From Bacteroidales bacterium (GTDB taxonomy: Bacteria; Bacteroidota; Bacteroidia; Bacteroidales; UBA12077), in NCBI GenBank assembly GCA_028282585.1, contig JANQHR010000113.1, forward strand, positions 1 to 64,000: DNA of 64,000 nt, given 5' to 3'. Positions within the stretch are counted from its first letter, which is position 1, and each line of letters begins with the position of its first letter. The notes under the pieces were generated by a model that did not search any database, was not told the DNA's origin, and saw only the letters and a program-made list of their open reading frames with translations. The position numbers were made by a program, and so were the translations under genes. This document shows positions 51,975 through 64,000 of the stretch, piece by piece.

Positions 51975-52064
51975 CCGGAGAGTAGATTAATGTCTTTCCG
52001 AAGTAGCTCAGTCGTCATTCTGAATGAAATGAAGAATCTATTTTAAGTAGTTTAAAATGGAATG

Positions 52065-52106
52065 CTTCGATAAACCTGCCTGCCAAGAGGCAGGCTCAGC
52101 ATGACA
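52065..52106 (+). repeat. REP arm carrying a 20-bp palindromic insertion
   Basis: CTTCGATAAA-[CCTGCCTGCCAAGAGGCAGG]-CTCAGCATGACA. Confidence 0.8.
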
Positions 52107-52144
52107 GCATTTTAACTTTAACATTTCTAAGCGTGAAATTATAA

Positions 52145-53482
<1,338 letters not shown>

Positions 53483-53499
53483 GTTATTTATTTGTAGAT

Positions 53500-54540
53500 A
53501 TGAAGAAGCATATATTTCAACATACCGGAAAGTTCGTATTAGAAAACGGACAATGCTTGCATGATATTCAAATTACATATCATACGGTCGGAAAATTAAA
53601 TAAAACCAATGATAATGTAATTTGGGTTTGTCATGCTTTAACGGCAAATTCTAATGTAGCAGAATGGTGGCCAAATATGGTTGGCGAAGGATTATTGCTT
53701 GATAAATCTAACTATTTTATTATTTGTGCAAATATATTAGGGTCTTGTTACGGGACAACTGGACCTTTATCAATAAATCCATTAACTGGCGATCCGTATT
53801 ACCATACTTTTCCTCTAATAACTATAAGGGATTTGGTGAAAGCACATGAATTACTCAGAAATAAATTAGGTATTCGTAATATTTATAAACTAATAGGAGC
53901 ATCAATAGGAGGGTTTCAGGCTCTGGAATGGAGTATTATTAGTCCCTCTTTAATTAAAAATCTTGTAATTATTGCAAGTGGTTCTTTTGCTTCACCTTGG
54001 AATATTGCGTTTAACGAATCACAAAGTTTAGCAATTCACGCCGACCCTACTTTTAGAAATAATTATAATAAAGCAGGATCGTCAGGATTAAGAGCAGCAA
54101 GGGCTATAGCTTTACTAAGTTATCGAAATGCAGCTGCTTATAATTATAGTCAACAGGAAACAGAGTTAAATAAACTAGAATGTTTCAAAGCTATTTCATA
54201 TCAAAGGTACCAGGGAGATAAATTAGTACAGCGATTTAATGCCTTTTCTTATAATACAATAAGTAAGGCTTTTAATACGCATAATGTTGGCAGAAATAGA
54301 GGTGGTATTGAAAAAGCTTTAGCAAGTATCAAGGCAAAAGTGCTGCTAATAGCTATATCTTCTGACATACTATTTTATCCGGATGAGATTAAACTAGTCC
54401 ATCAACAAATAAAAGGTTCAAAATATATTGAAATAGAATCATTTTATGGGCACGATGGATTCCTGATTGAGACTAAACTATTAACTAGAACTATTAAGAA
54501 CTTTTTGAATGTTAAAAATCAAAGATTAAAATATGAATAA
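53500..54540 (+). CDS. metX: Homoserine O-acetyltransferase
   Basis: 'CHALT', 'N.LGSCYGTTGP', 'GASIGG', 'SDILF', 'YGHDGFL'. Confidence 0.92.
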   Translation: MKKHIFQHTGKFVLENGQCLHDIQITYHTVGKLNKTNDNVIWVCHALTANSNVAEWWPNMVGEGLLLDKSNYFIICANILGSCYGTTGPLSINPLTGDPYYHTFPLITIRDLVKAHELLRNKLGIRNIYKLIGASIGGFQALEWSIISPSLIKNLVIIASGSFASPWNIAFNESQSLAIHADPTFRNNYNKAGSSGLRAARAIALLSYRNAAAYNYSQQETELNKLECFKAISYQRYQGDKLVQRFNAFSYNTISKAFNTHNVGRNRGGIEKALASIKAKVLLIAISSDILFYPDEIKLVHQQIKGSKYIEIESFYGHDGFLIETKLLTRTIKNFLNVKNQRLKYE

Positions 54541-55720
54541 TAAAATAAATATTGGACTTTTTGGTTATGGAGTTGTAGGCGAAAGCCTTCACCATGTGCT
54601 TAAAAATAGCAAAACTGTTGATGCAGGTGTAAGTAAGATCTGTGTAAAACAAAAGGAAAAAGAAAGGGGCTTAGCCAAAGAATACTTTACTTTTAATAAA
54701 GAGGACATCATTAATGATAAAGACATTAATCTTGTAGTAGAATTGATAGATGATGCTGATGAAGCTTATGATATTGTAAAAAGATGCTTGCAAAATAAAA
54801 AAAGTGTAGTATCCGGAAATAAAAAAATGATAGCTCATCACCTGGATGAATTAATAGATTTACAGGAAAAAAATAATACGGCTTTATTATACGATGCATC
54901 TGCATGCGGTAGTATTCCAATTATCAGAAATATTGAAGAATACTACGATAATGATCTATTGAAATCAATAACCGGAATTTTAAATGGATCTTCAAATTAC
55001 ATTCTTTCAAAAATATTTAATGAAGGTTTAAATTACAATACGGCTTTAAAACAAGCGCAAGTGTTAGGTTTTGCAGAAAGTAATCCCGGTTTGGACGTGG
55101 ACGGATTCGATTCTTTGTATAAGCTAATTATTATTGCAACGCATGCTTTAGGGACTTTTGTTAAACCTAATGAAGTTTTTAATTACGGGATATCAAATAT
55201 AAAAGAGGAAGATATTCAATTTGCACGCGAGAAGAACTTTAAAATTAAGTTGGTAGCACAACTAATAAAATCGGATGATGAATCCTTTACCATGTTCGTA
55301 ATTCCTAGATTGGTTCGTCCTGATAAATACATTTATAATGTTGAGAATGAATATAATGGAGTTGTGATTCAAGGAGAATTTTATGATAAACAATTTATGT
55401 TTGGTAAAGGAGCAGGAGGTTATCCAACCGGTTCTGCTGTGCTTTCAGATATTACAGCCAGGTCGCATAATTATAAATATGAATACAAAAAACAGAAGTA
55501 TTTTAAACGTTTAAAATACAAAGTTGACCATGAAATAGAAATTTATTTAAGATATAATAACGTTGTGGATTTTGGTTATTTCGAATTTGAGTTTATCTCA
55601 GAAAAATATTCAAGCCAAAATAATAATTATGTTGTGGGTAGAATTAGGCTTTCAAAACTTTTGAAATTAAAAACTGTTTTACCAAAACTGGATATATTTA
55701 TGGCTTATATCAGAAATTAA
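54533..55720 (+). CDS. hom: Homoserine dehydrogenase
   Basis: 'GYGVVG', 'NKK', 'GILNGSSNYIL', 'GFAE.NP..DVDG.D', 'GKGAGG.PT.SAV'. Confidence 0.92.
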   Translation: MNNKINIGLFGYGVVGESLHHVLKNSKTVDAGVSKICVKQKEKERGLAKEYFTFNKEDIINDKDINLVVELIDDADEAYDIVKRCLQNKKSVVSGNKKMIAHHLDELIDLQEKNNTALLYDASACGSIPIIRNIEEYYDNDLLKSITGILNGSSNYILSKIFNEGLNYNTALKQAQVLGFAESNPGLDVDGFDSLYKLIIIATHALGTFVKPNEVFNYGISNIKEEDIQFAREKNFKIKLVAQLIKSDDESFTMFVIPRLVRPDKYIYNVENEYNGVVIQGEFYDKQFMFGKGAGGYPTGSAVLSDITARSHNYKYEYKKQKYFKRLKYKVDHEIEIYLRYNNVVDFGYFEFEFISEKYSSQNNNYVVGRIRLSKLLKLKTVLPKLDIFMAYIRN

Positions 55721-55850
55721 TACCAATAGGAAAAATGTAATAGAACATTTAAATCCATCGGCATTAAGCACAATAAATCGAAATTTTTAATTATGCTTAA
55801 TTTGACTTTGATATAAGCTATTTTGTAAATTAGAGTAAAAGTTGTTCAGG

Positions 55851-56339
55851 CTTCGACAGGCTCAGCCTGACAGCTTTAGTTTAATAAAAAATCATTAATG
55901 TCATTCTGAGCCCGCCTGTCCGGCAGGCAGGTTTATCGAAGGATAGACATTCTTAAATAATAAGTATGAAAAAGTATTTCGTTTATATTCTTAAATGTGC
56001 TGATAATTCCTATTACACTGGAATTACAAACGATATCGATAAAAGATTAGTAGAACATAATAATAGTGAAAACAGAAAAAACTAAACTTTTTCAAGAAGG
56101 CCTGTTGAACTTGCTTATGAAGAGTCTTTTCAAAACCCAAATGATGCTATAATGTGGGAAAAAAGAATAAAGGGATGGTCGAGAAAAAAGAAAGAAGCAT
56201 TAATAAAAGGTGATTTTGAGGAACTAAAAAGATTATCAAATCAGAAAAATCACACTTCGACAGGCTTGCCTGCCGGATAGGTAGGCTCCGTGTGACAATT
56301 AAATTGTTGTAATTTCTTGTCGTTCTGAGTTTATCGAAG
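55851..56339. mobile_element. GIY-YIG gene cassette framed by two REP-like inverted doublets
   Basis: Doublets at 55851-55941 and 56255-56339, same family as 51262-51309; no transposase. Confidence 0.6.
55966..56280 (+). pseudogene. Small GIY-YIG nuclease (YhbQ/UPF0213-like) with internal TAA
   Basis: MKKYFVYILKCADNSYYTGITNDIDKRLVEHN...N*TFSRRPVEL...A..WEKRIKGWSRKKKEALI; stop at 56083-56085. Confidence 0.85.
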
Positions 56340-56365
56340 AATGAACAAGAAGAAAATGGAATAGA

Positions 56366-59300
56366 ATGAATTTACTCGAAAAATTAAAATCGGAACTAAA
56401 AGAAAGAATTTTTGTGCTTGATGGAGCAATGGGTACAATGATTCAATCATATAATCTGGATGAGGATGCATACAGGGGCGAAAGGTTTAAAAAAATTAAA
56501 CAACCAATAAAAGGCAATCATGATATACTTTCTTTAACACAGCCAAAAATAATATGCGAAATACATAAGTGCTACCTTGAGGCAGGTGCAGATTTAATAG
56601 AAACAAATACTTTTAATGCAAATGCTATTTCTTTATCAGACTATGGAATGCAGGATTTGGCTTATGAATTAAATCTAGAATCTGCAAGGATTACTAGAAG
56701 AGCTATCGAAAAATTTGGAAGAAAAGATGGGCATTCGAATTATGTAGTGGGATCTATGGGGCCAACTAACCGGACAGCTTCAATTTCTCCTGATGTAAAC
56801 CGGCCTGGTTTCAGAAACATAACTTTTGATGAACTAAAAGAAGCATATTCGACGCAGGCAAAAGGTTTATTAGATGGCGGAGCTGATATTTTATTGGTTG
56901 AAACTATTTTCGATACCTTAAATGCTAAAGCGGCATTATTTGCAATAAATGAAATTGCTGAAAGCAGGAGTGTTGTTGTTCCGGTAATGGTTTCAGGGAC
57001 AGTCGATAAGAGTGGAAGGTTGCTGGCCGGGCAGGTTATTGATGCTTTCTATAATTCTGTCGCACATGTCGATTTATTAAGTATTGGATTAAATTGTGCT
57101 TTTGGGGCAAAAAAATTACGCCCATTTATTGAGGAGTTGTCAGGTATCTCAAAGTTTAATGTTAGTATACACCCTAACGCCGGTTTGCCAGATTTGTTTG
57201 GTAAATACCATCAATCACCAAAGGAAATGACAAGCCTAATCGAAGGAATGTTACAAAATGGAAATGTAAATATTGTTGGAGGGTGTTGCGGCACAAATTG
57301 TGAGCATATTAAGGAAATTACTAAAGTTGTAGCAAAGTATAAACCTCGAAAACTACCTGAAATTCAGTGTAGGACTCAATTATCAGGATTGGAATCTGTA
57401 ATTGTTTGTGAGGGAAGGAATTTCGTGAATATTGGAGAACGGACAAATGTTTCAGGGTCTAAAAAGTTTGCCCAGTTAATTCGTGATGAAAATTTTGATG
57501 CAGCATTAAATGTTGCCAGGCACCAGGTAATAAATGGTGCTCAATTAATCGATGTATCAATGGACGATGCAATGATTGACGCAGAGAAAGTAATGCCGGA
57601 ATTTTTACGTTTAATTGCGTCCGAACCAGATATTGCAAAAGCTCCGGTTATGATAGATTCTTCAAAGTGGACGGTAATTGAAGCTGGTTTAAAATGCCTT
57701 CAGGGAAAATCAATTGTCAATTCAATAAGCTTAAAAGAAGGAGAACAAGATTTTATTGAAAAAGCTAAAAAGATCTATGCTTATGGGTCTGCAGCAATTG
57801 TAATGCTTTTCGATGAGCTTGGGCAAGCAGATACGTTCGAAAGAAAAATTGAAATAGCTGAGCGTTCCTATAAAATCTTGACAGAAAATGGTTTTCCTCC
57901 TGAAAATATTATTTTCGATTCAAATGTTCTGGCAATTGGAACAGGCTTGCAAGAACACAACAATTATGCTGTTGATTTTATTAAGGCCGTAAGATGGATC
58001 AAAGAAAACCTGCCGCACGCAAAAACCAGTGGTGGAATAAGTAATTTATCTTTTGCTTTTCGTGGTAATAACAGGGTGCGTGAAGCTATTCACTCAGTGT
58101 TCTTGTACCATGCAATAAAAGCTGGGTTAGATATGGGTATTGTGAATCCGGCAATGCTCGAGATTTACGATGACATTCCTAGGGATCTTTTACAACTTAC
58201 AGAAGATTTAGTTTTAAACCGAAGGATTGATGCAACACAGCGATTGTTGGCTTTTGCAGATAAAAATGGTTCACAAGGAAAAATAGAGGAGAATTTTAAT
58301 GAGTGGAGGAAAAAGCCCGTACAGGAAAGAATCAATTACGCTTTAGTGAAAGGTAATTTAGATTTTATTGAACAGGATGTTGAGGAAATCAGGAAAAGTT
58401 TCAAAGTGACATTAGAAGTAATCGAAGGACCTTTGATGGAAGGGATGGGCATTGTTGGAGAATTATTTGGTTCAGGAAAAATGTTTTTGCCACAAGTAGT
58501 TAAAAGTGCCCGCGTAATGAAAAAAGCAGTAGCTTATTTATTGCCATTTATTGAAGAGGAAAAAAAGTTAAGTGGCGATTTATCATCTAAAGGAAAAATA
58601 TTGATTGCAACTGTTAAAGGGGATGTTCATGATATAGGCAAAAATATTGTAAGCGTGGTTCTTTCTTGCAATAACTATGAAATTATTGATTTGGGCGTGA
58701 TGGTTCCTTCTGAAACCATAATTGAAACAGCCATTAAAGAGAATGTTGATATTATCGGGTTAAGCGGGTTAATTACACCTTCATTGGATGAAATGATACA
58801 TATAGCAAAGGAAATGCAAGGGAATAATTTTAAAATTCCTTTGTTGATTGGTGGCGCTACAACATCAAAAATTCATACGGCATTAAGAATTGCACCGGAA
58901 TACTCAGCTCCGGTGGTTTATGTAAAAGATGCGTCACGAAGTGTAAATGTCGTAAATAATTTGTTGTCAGCTTCAAAAGAGGATTATCTAAAAGAATTAC
59001 ATGAGGATTATCAAAAATCAATTGAAAAATACGAAAAAACAAAATCCGGAGCCAAGTACTTATCACTTGAGGAAGCAAGAAATAATAAAATAAAAATTAA
59101 ATGGGCTAATTATGAACCCAAAGGCCCGGCTTTTTTAGGTTCAAAACTCTTAGAGAATTACCCCATTAAGCAATTAATAAAATATATTGATTGGACATAT
59201 TTTTTCCATCAATGGGATATTCCAGGCCGGTATCCTAAAATCTTCGACGATCCTGTAAAAGGAGATGAAGCAAAAAAACTTTATGAAGATGGACAAATAA

Positions 59301-60031
59301 TGCTTGATAAAATTGTTCAAAAGAATATGCTTAAAGCGAATGGTGTTTTTGGATTTTATCCGGCAGTTTCCAGAAATGAGGACATGATATTATATAACAT
59401 TAATGGTTCAAAGAAACTGGTTGATTTTAATTTTATTAGAAATCAACGAATAAAAAATGACAATGAACCAAACTTGTGTTTGTCAGATTTTATTATACCG
59501 GAATCAGAAAACCGGAAAGATTTTATAGGGTTATTTGCTGTTACGGCTGGTTTAGGTATCGAAAAGTGGGTAAAGGAATTTAAAGAAGCAGGAAATGATT
59601 ATGATGCCATTATGTTGAAAATTCTTGCTGACAGGTTAGCGGAAGCTTTTGCTGAAATGCTGCACGAGAAAGTTAGAAAAGAATATTGGGGGTATTCTAC
59701 AGATGAAAAGCTTTCTTATGATGAGATACTTCATGAACGATATCGTGGAATTCGTCCCGCTATAGGGTACCCATCATTGCCAGACCATACCTTAAAGAAA
59801 CAGTTATTTGATTTATTAGATGCAGAAAACCAGGCTAAAATAGAACTAACAGATAATTATATGATGGTTCCCCAAGCAGCAGTAAGTGGATTTTACATTG
59901 CTCATCCGGAATCACAATATTTTAATGTTCAGAGAATTTCACAAGAACAGGTTCAGGATTATGCAGTACGCTCTGGTATAAGTATTAATGAAGCTGAAAA
60001 ACGTTTGGCCCAGAATTTAAATTATAAGTAA
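56366..60031 (+). CDS. metH: B12-dependent methionine synthase
   Basis: 'LDGAMGT', 'GGCCGT', 'IGERTNV.GS', 'GDVHDIGK', reactivation domain 'RPA.GYP'. Confidence 0.97.
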   Translation: MNLLEKLKSELKERIFVLDGAMGTMIQSYNLDEDAYRGERFKKIKQPIKGNHDILSLTQPKIICEIHKCYLEAGADLIETNTFNANAISLSDYGMQDLAYELNLESARITRRAIEKFGRKDGHSNYVVGSMGPTNRTASISPDVNRPGFRNITFDELKEAYSTQAKGLLDGGADILLVETIFDTLNAKAALFAINEIAESRSVVVPVMVSGTVDKSGRLLAGQVIDAFYNSVAHVDLLSIGLNCAFGAKKLRPFIEELSGISKFNVSIHPNAGLPDLFGKYHQSPKEMTSLIEGMLQNGNVNIVGGCCGTNCEHIKEITKVVAKYKPRKLPEIQCRTQLSGLESVIVCEGRNFVNIGERTNVSGSKKFAQLIRDENFDAALNVARHQVINGAQLIDVSMDDAMIDAEKVMPEFLRLIASEPDIAKAPVMIDSSKWTVIEAGLKCLQGKSIVNSISLKEGEQDFIEKAKKIYAYGSAAIVMLFDELGQADTFERKIEIAERSYKILTENGFPPENIIFDSNVLAIGTGLQEHNNYAVDFIKAVRWIKENLPHAKTSGGISNLSFAFRGNNRVREAIHSVFLYHAIKAGLDMGIVNPAMLEIYDDIPRDLLQLTEDLVLNRRIDATQRLLAFADKNGSQGKIEENFNEWRKKPVQERINYALVKGNLDFIEQDVEEIRKSFKVTLEVIEGPLMEGMGIVGELFGSGKMFLPQVVKSARVMKKAVAYLLPFIEEEKKLSGDLSSKGKILIATVKGDVHDIGKNIVSVVLSCNNYEIIDLGVMVPSETIIETAIKENVDIIGLSGLITPSLDEMIHIAKEMQGNNFKIPLLIGGATTSKIHTALRIAPEYSAPVVYVKDASRSVNVVNNLLSASKEDYLKELHEDYQKSIEKYEKTKSGAKYLSLEEARNNKIKIKWANYEPKGPAFLGSKLLENYPIKQLIKYIDWTYFFHQWDIPGRYPKIFDDPVKGDEAKKLYEDGQIMLDKIVQKNMLKANGVFGFYPAVSRNEDMILYNINGSKKLVDFNFIRNQRIKNDNEPNLCLSDFIIPESENRKDFIGLFAVTAGLGIEKWVKEFKEAGNDYDAIMLKILADRLAEAFAEMLHEKVRKEYWGYSTDEKLSYDEILHERYRGIRPAIGYPSLPDHTLKKQLFDLLDAENQAKIELTDNYMMVPQAAVSGFYIAHPESQYFNVQRISQEQVQDYAVRSGISINEAEKRLAQNLNYK

Positions 60032-60038
60032 AGAAATA

Positions 60039-60118
60039 CCCTTCCTAAATCCTCCCAAAAAGGGAGGACTTGATTAGAATTATTCCCTTCCCCAATAGGG
60101 GAAGGGTTATGGATGGGG
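60039..60118. repeat. GC-rich double-hairpin REP-like element
   Basis: TCCTCCC/GGGAGGA (60050-60068) and CCCTTCCCC/GGGGAAGGG (60085-60106) inside outer complementary arms. Confidence 0.7.
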
Positions 60119-60132
60119 CTAAAATATTAACG

Positions 60133-61086
60133 ATGAAAGTAATCAATAAAATAAAAGAATCGAAAAAAACGCTGTTCACTTTTGAGCTTTTACCTCCTTT
60201 AAAGGGGCATACTATACAAGAAATATATGATACAATTGACCCTTTAATTGAATTCGATCCGGCATACATTAATATTACATATCACCAGCAGGAAGTTCAG
60301 TATAAGCAAAGGTCCGATGGTTTAATGGAACAACGTATAATTAGAAAGCGCCCAGGAACCGTAGCTATAGCTGCTGCTATACAAAATAAATATAAAATTA
60401 CCGTAGTGCCACACATGATATGCGGAGGGTTTACAAAAGAAGAGACCGAAGATGCCTTAATCGATTTACATTTTTTAGGAATTAATAATTTGTTGGTTTT
60501 AAGAGGCGACCCTGAAAAAGGAAAAAGAAAATTCATTCCTGAGAAAGGTGGGCATACCTATTCAAGTGAATTGATTGAGCAAATTATGAGATTGAATAAA
60601 GGAAAATATTTGCACAAAGAAATGGAAGATGCTATGCCAACCGATTTTTCAATTGGTGTAGCCGGTTATCCAGAGAAACATATTGAAGCCCCAAATATGG
60701 ATACTGATTTAGAGTATTTAAAACTAAAGATTGATAAGGGAGCAGAATATGTTGTAACTCAAATGTTTTTCGATAATAAAAAGTATTTTGATTTTGTTGA
60801 GAAGTGTAAAAATAAAGGAATAAATGTACCAATCATTCCGGGTATAAAGCCAGTTTCTACTTTAAATGATAGTTCATTGTTGCCACAAACATTTAATATT
60901 GATTTACCAAACGACTTAATTAAGGAAATAAAAAAATGTAATACAATTCAACAAGTTAGGCAGGTTGGTGTGGAGTGGGCAACTATGCAGTCTAAACAAT
61001 TGATAGAGTATGGTGCACCGGGAATTCATTATTATACTTTAGACCAATCTGATAACATTATGAAAATTGCAAAAGGAGTTTTTTAA
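60133..61086 (+). CDS. metF: Methylenetetrahydrofolate reductase
   Basis: 'FELLPP', 'LRGD', 'AGYPEKH', 'TQMFFD', 'HYYTL'; ATG at 60133. Confidence 0.95.
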   Translation: MKVINKIKESKKTLFTFELLPPLKGHTIQEIYDTIDPLIEFDPAYINITYHQQEVQYKQRSDGLMEQRIIRKRPGTVAIAAAIQNKYKITVVPHMICGGFTKEETEDALIDLHFLGINNLLVLRGDPEKGKRKFIPEKGGHTYSSELIEQIMRLNKGKYLHKEMEDAMPTDFSIGVAGYPEKHIEAPNMDTDLEYLKLKIDKGAEYVVTQMFFDNKKYFDFVEKCKNKGINVPIIPGIKPVSTLNDSSLLPQTFNIDLPNDLIKEIKKCNTIQQVRQVGVEWATMQSKQLIEYGAPGIHYYTLDQSDNIMKIAKGVF

Positions 61087-61164
61087 ACTAAGCATTAAAA
61101 ATGAAGTCTTATTATATTCAGTAATTAATGCTCAGATTAATTATTTACTCAAAAAATTATTACT

Positions 61165-62733
61165 ATGAAAAAATCTATTCATCAAATTATAAGTTTATTG
61201 CTAATCTTTTTTGTATTTGGTTGCGATCAAGTAACTCAAACAGAAATATCAGAAGAAGTACTTGAAATTATGAAAGATATTAATAGTGAGGAACTTTATG
61301 CTTTTGTAGATACTTTAAGCTCAGATAGGTTTGAGGGTAGATTATCTGGCCATGTCGGATATGATAAATCAGCTGAATGGGTTATAGAAAAATTTAAACA
61401 ATGGGGCGTGAAGCCTATAAATGATGAAATTGGATATTTACAAAAATTCCCACATCCGTATAATGATGTATTTGAAGGGTGCTTTGTTCAGATGATCGAT
61501 GAAAATGATCAAATAATTAAAAACTACGAATATGTAGAGGAGTTTATACCTGGTTCTACATCAGGTAATGGAGAAGTAAAAGGAGAAGTGGTTTACATTG
61601 GATATGGAATAACTGCACCAGAGCTTGGTTATGATGATTATGCTAATGTAGACGTAAAAGGAAAAATTGTATTAATGGAGCGAGAGTCTCCGGTTAATGT
61701 CAGTAACGATGATTTTTTAAAGTGGAGACCTTATACATTTCATCAGTATAAATTAGTGAATGCCTACAAGCATGGCGCTGTGGGAATGCTTTATAATTAT
61801 CACATTGCCAATCCTAATAATGAATACATTGAAAATTTTGTATTCTCTCACATCGGTAAACAGGCAGTACATGATATTTTCGAAAATACTGGATTTACAC
61901 ATCAGGATGTGGTTAAGGAAATTGATTCATTATTAAAACCAAAATCATTTAATACCAACAAAATATTTAAAATAAAGAATAATACTTTAAGACACCCTGA
62001 TGGTGTGACATCCAACGTAATTGGATTAATTGAAGGTTCTGATCCTGAACTTAAAGATGAGTACATTGTTATTGGAGGCCATTTAGATTTTCTAGGTAGA
62101 TGTTACGAAATTATGCCAGGAGCAAATGATAATGCATCAGCAGTTAGTGTGATTCTCTCAATTGCTAAAAGACTTTCTGATCCAAAGATTCAATTAAAAA
62201 GGTCAGTTATTTTTGTAATGTTTGGAGCTGAAGAAGCGGCAATAAGGGGAGCTCAGCACCTTTTAAAAAATCCTGTCGTACCAAACGAAAGCATTGTTGG
62301 ATTATTGAATTTAGATGGAGTCGGTATTGGAGATAAAATCTGGGCTGGTTTTGCTAAAAACTATCCAAATTTCTATTCATTCATAGATGAATCTAATTCC
62401 AATTTTATTAAGGCTCATATAAGTGCCGATACAATTAATAATATATCCAGACCTAGATTAGATGCTGCGTTTTATGATTGGTATGGAATCCCAACTCTAA
62501 CATTTAGCGCTTATGGAGACCTTCCTCAAAATAAGGCCTACAGGTATCATACAACATATGATAACATATCTAATATTACTCCGGAGATAATGGAAAGCTT
62601 ATCGAAGATTTTATTTCTTTCTGTTGTCAAAATTGCAAATGAAGAACAATTAGAATTTAGAAGAGGAGAACTAAAATCTGAGTTTATAAAAGGGTACGAT
62701 TTTTACTCAATAGTTGAAGAAAATCTGCAATAA
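61165..62733 (+). CDS. M28-family metallopeptidase lipoprotein with PA domain
   Basis: Lipobox 'VFGC', 'GYGI.AP..GYDDY..VDVKGK', 'GHLD', 'GANDNAS', 'GAEE', 'YHT..D'. Confidence 0.88.
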   Translation: MKKSIHQIISLLLIFFVFGCDQVTQTEISEEVLEIMKDINSEELYAFVDTLSSDRFEGRLSGHVGYDKSAEWVIEKFKQWGVKPINDEIGYLQKFPHPYNDVFEGCFVQMIDENDQIIKNYEYVEEFIPGSTSGNGEVKGEVVYIGYGITAPELGYDDYANVDVKGKIVLMERESPVNVSNDDFLKWRPYTFHQYKLVNAYKHGAVGMLYNYHIANPNNEYIENFVFSHIGKQAVHDIFENTGFTHQDVVKEIDSLLKPKSFNTNKIFKIKNNTLRHPDGVTSNVIGLIEGSDPELKDEYIVIGGHLDFLGRCYEIMPGANDNASAVSVILSIAKRLSDPKIQLKRSVIFVMFGAEEAAIRGAQHLLKNPVVPNESIVGLLNLDGVGIGDKIWAGFAKNYPNFYSFIDESNSNFIKAHISADTINNISRPRLDAAFYDWYGIPTLTFSAYGDLPQNKAYRYHTTYDNISNITPEIMESLSKILFLSVVKIANEEQLEFRRGELKSEFIKGYDFYSIVEENLQ

Positions 62734-62842
62734 TTTTCTTAAACAAAAATCGTATATAATATTTGTAATTATTCAATATCTTTGCAATTCCGAAAAATAG
62801 TATTTCGGGTTTGTAAAATAGTGGAGGGTAATTCATTAAGCT

Positions 62843-64000
62843 ATGAATAACATAAGAAATTTTTGTATTATTGCTCATATTGATCATGGAAAGAGCACTT
62901 TAGCTGATAGGTTGTTACAAGCAACGGGGTCAGTTTCCGAAAGAGATTACCAGGACCAGTTGCTGGATGATATGGATTTGGAGCGAGAGCGGGGAATTAC
63001 AATAAAAAGCCATGCAGTTCAAATGAATTATAAGCATCAGGGGAAGGATTATATTTTAAACCTAATTGATACCCCGGGGCACGTGGATTTTTCTTACGAA
63101 GTTTCGCGTTCAATTGCAGCTTGTGAGGGAGCGCTATTAATTGTTGATGCAACGCAAGGAGTGCAAGCTCAGACCATTTCCAATGTATTTTTAGCAATGG
63201 AGCATGATTTGGAAATTATTCCTGTTCTAAATAAAATGGATTTAGATGCCGCTATGCCTGAAGAGGTGAAGGACCAGATTGAGGAACTAATAGGTTGTGA
63301 ACGAGATGATATTATTGCTGCCAGTGGAAAAACTGGAATTGGTGTTGAAGACATCTTAAGTGCAATTGTAAATAAGGTTCCAGCTCCGCAAGGCGACCCA
63401 AATGCTCCACTGCAAGCTCTTATATTTGATTCGGTTTATAACCAATATCGCGGAATAGAAGCGTACTTTAAAATTCAAAATGGAACCATCCGAAAAGGAG
63501 AGTTGGTAAAGTTTATTGCTACAGGCAAGGAGTATGATGCTGATGAAATCGGAGTGCTGAAATTAAAGCAGGAACCAAGGAAAGAATTAAAAGCAGGTGA
63601 TGTGGGATATATCATATCTGGTATTAAAACTGCAAAAGAGGTTAAAGTTGGAGATACTCTTACAAGTAAAGAACGCCCTTGTGAAGAAGCAATTGCGGGG
63701 TTCGAGGATGTAAAACCCATGGTTTTTGCTGGTATTTACCCTGTAGATGCAGATGATTATGAAGATCTTCGTGAATCAATGGAAAAGCTACAGTTAAATG
63801 ATGCATCTCTTACTTTTGAACCGGAATCTTCGGCAGCATTAGGATTTGGTTTTCGGTGCGGATTCCTGGGATTATTGCACATGGAAATTATACAGGAACG
63901 TTTAGATCGTGAATTCGATATGGACGTAATAACAACGGTACCAAATGTTTCATATAAAGCCTATACTACAAAAGGTGTTATGACAGAAGTTCATAATCCT
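62843..64000 (+). CDS. lepA: Elongation factor 4 (LepA), runs off the window end
   Basis: ATG 62843: [25 protein letters not shown]...ERERGITIK...DTPGHVDF...[14 protein letters not shown]; absent from the ORF track because it has no stop in the window. Confidence 0.96.
   Translation, partial: MNNIRNFCIIAHIDHGKSTLADRLLQATGSVSERDYQDQLLDDMDLERERGITIKSHAVQMNYKHQGKDYILNLIDTPGHVDFSYEVSRSIAACEGALLIVDATQGVQAQTISNVFLAMEHDLEIIPVLNKMDLDAAMPEEVKDQIEELIGCERDDIIAASGKTGIGVEDILSAIVNKVPAPQGDPNAPLQALIFDSVYNQYRGIEAYFKIQNGTIRKGELVKFIATGKEYDADEIGVLKLKQEPRKELKAGDVGYIISGIKTAKEVKVGDTLTSKERPCEEAIAGFEDVKPMVFAGIYPVDADDYEDLRESMEKLQLNDASLTFEPESSAALGFGFRCGFLGLLHMEIIQERLDREFDMDVITTVPNVSYKAYTTKGVMTEVHNP

Noticed and set aside
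51998-52014. tRNA-like 5' sequence CCGAAGTAGCTCAGTCG
   Set aside because: No anticodon arm, T-arm or acceptor partner follows; the segment pairs with the leader hairpin instead
62997-63720. Three short minus-strand ORFs
   Set aside because: Shadows of lepA on the plus strand

Overview
AT-rich chromosome segment from a member of the Bacteroidota, probably Bacteroidales. This is inferred from TAnnTTTG promoters, a T9SS cargo protein and the sigma54-activator/lptE/secG/groESL synteny. Housekeeping content: two ArnT-like transferases with a GT2 and a flippase-like gene, thiL, sufBCDSE-sufT, queG, kdsB, lptE, secG, groESL, a SAM-I-riboswitch-led methionine cluster (metY-metX-hom-metH-metF), an M28 peptidase and the 5' part of lepA. 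Four things stand out. (1) An accessory locus at about 32-51 kb: duplicated LytS-type sensors and a LytTR regulator with paired 21-bp boxes. These face a lipoprotein, a decayed porin, two modular 'GIGT' fibre-like proteins, a signal-peptide-bearing BACON-SpvB-FG-GAP-Rhs toxin with an HExxH tip and no visible immunity gene, and a small protein carrying one YD repeat plus a T9SS CTD. Together this is a candidate adaptor-dependent, T9SS-exported Rhs system. (2) A family of about 20-bp GC-rich palindromic micro-insertions. They sit at one exact register in REP arms, with filled and empty sites both present, and similar elements lie at the sufE stop, in the riboswitch P4 loop and nested in 40-bp repeats flanking groESL. 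(3) An unannotated 36-aa leader ORF ending ...MPLLPMCMR directly behind the SAM riboswitch. (4) Decayed small-gene cassettes (two four-helix-bundle genes, one GIY-YIG) framed by inverted repeat arrays. No tRNA, rRNA, CRISPR or transposase was seen. All family calls come from motif recognition by eye, not database searches.
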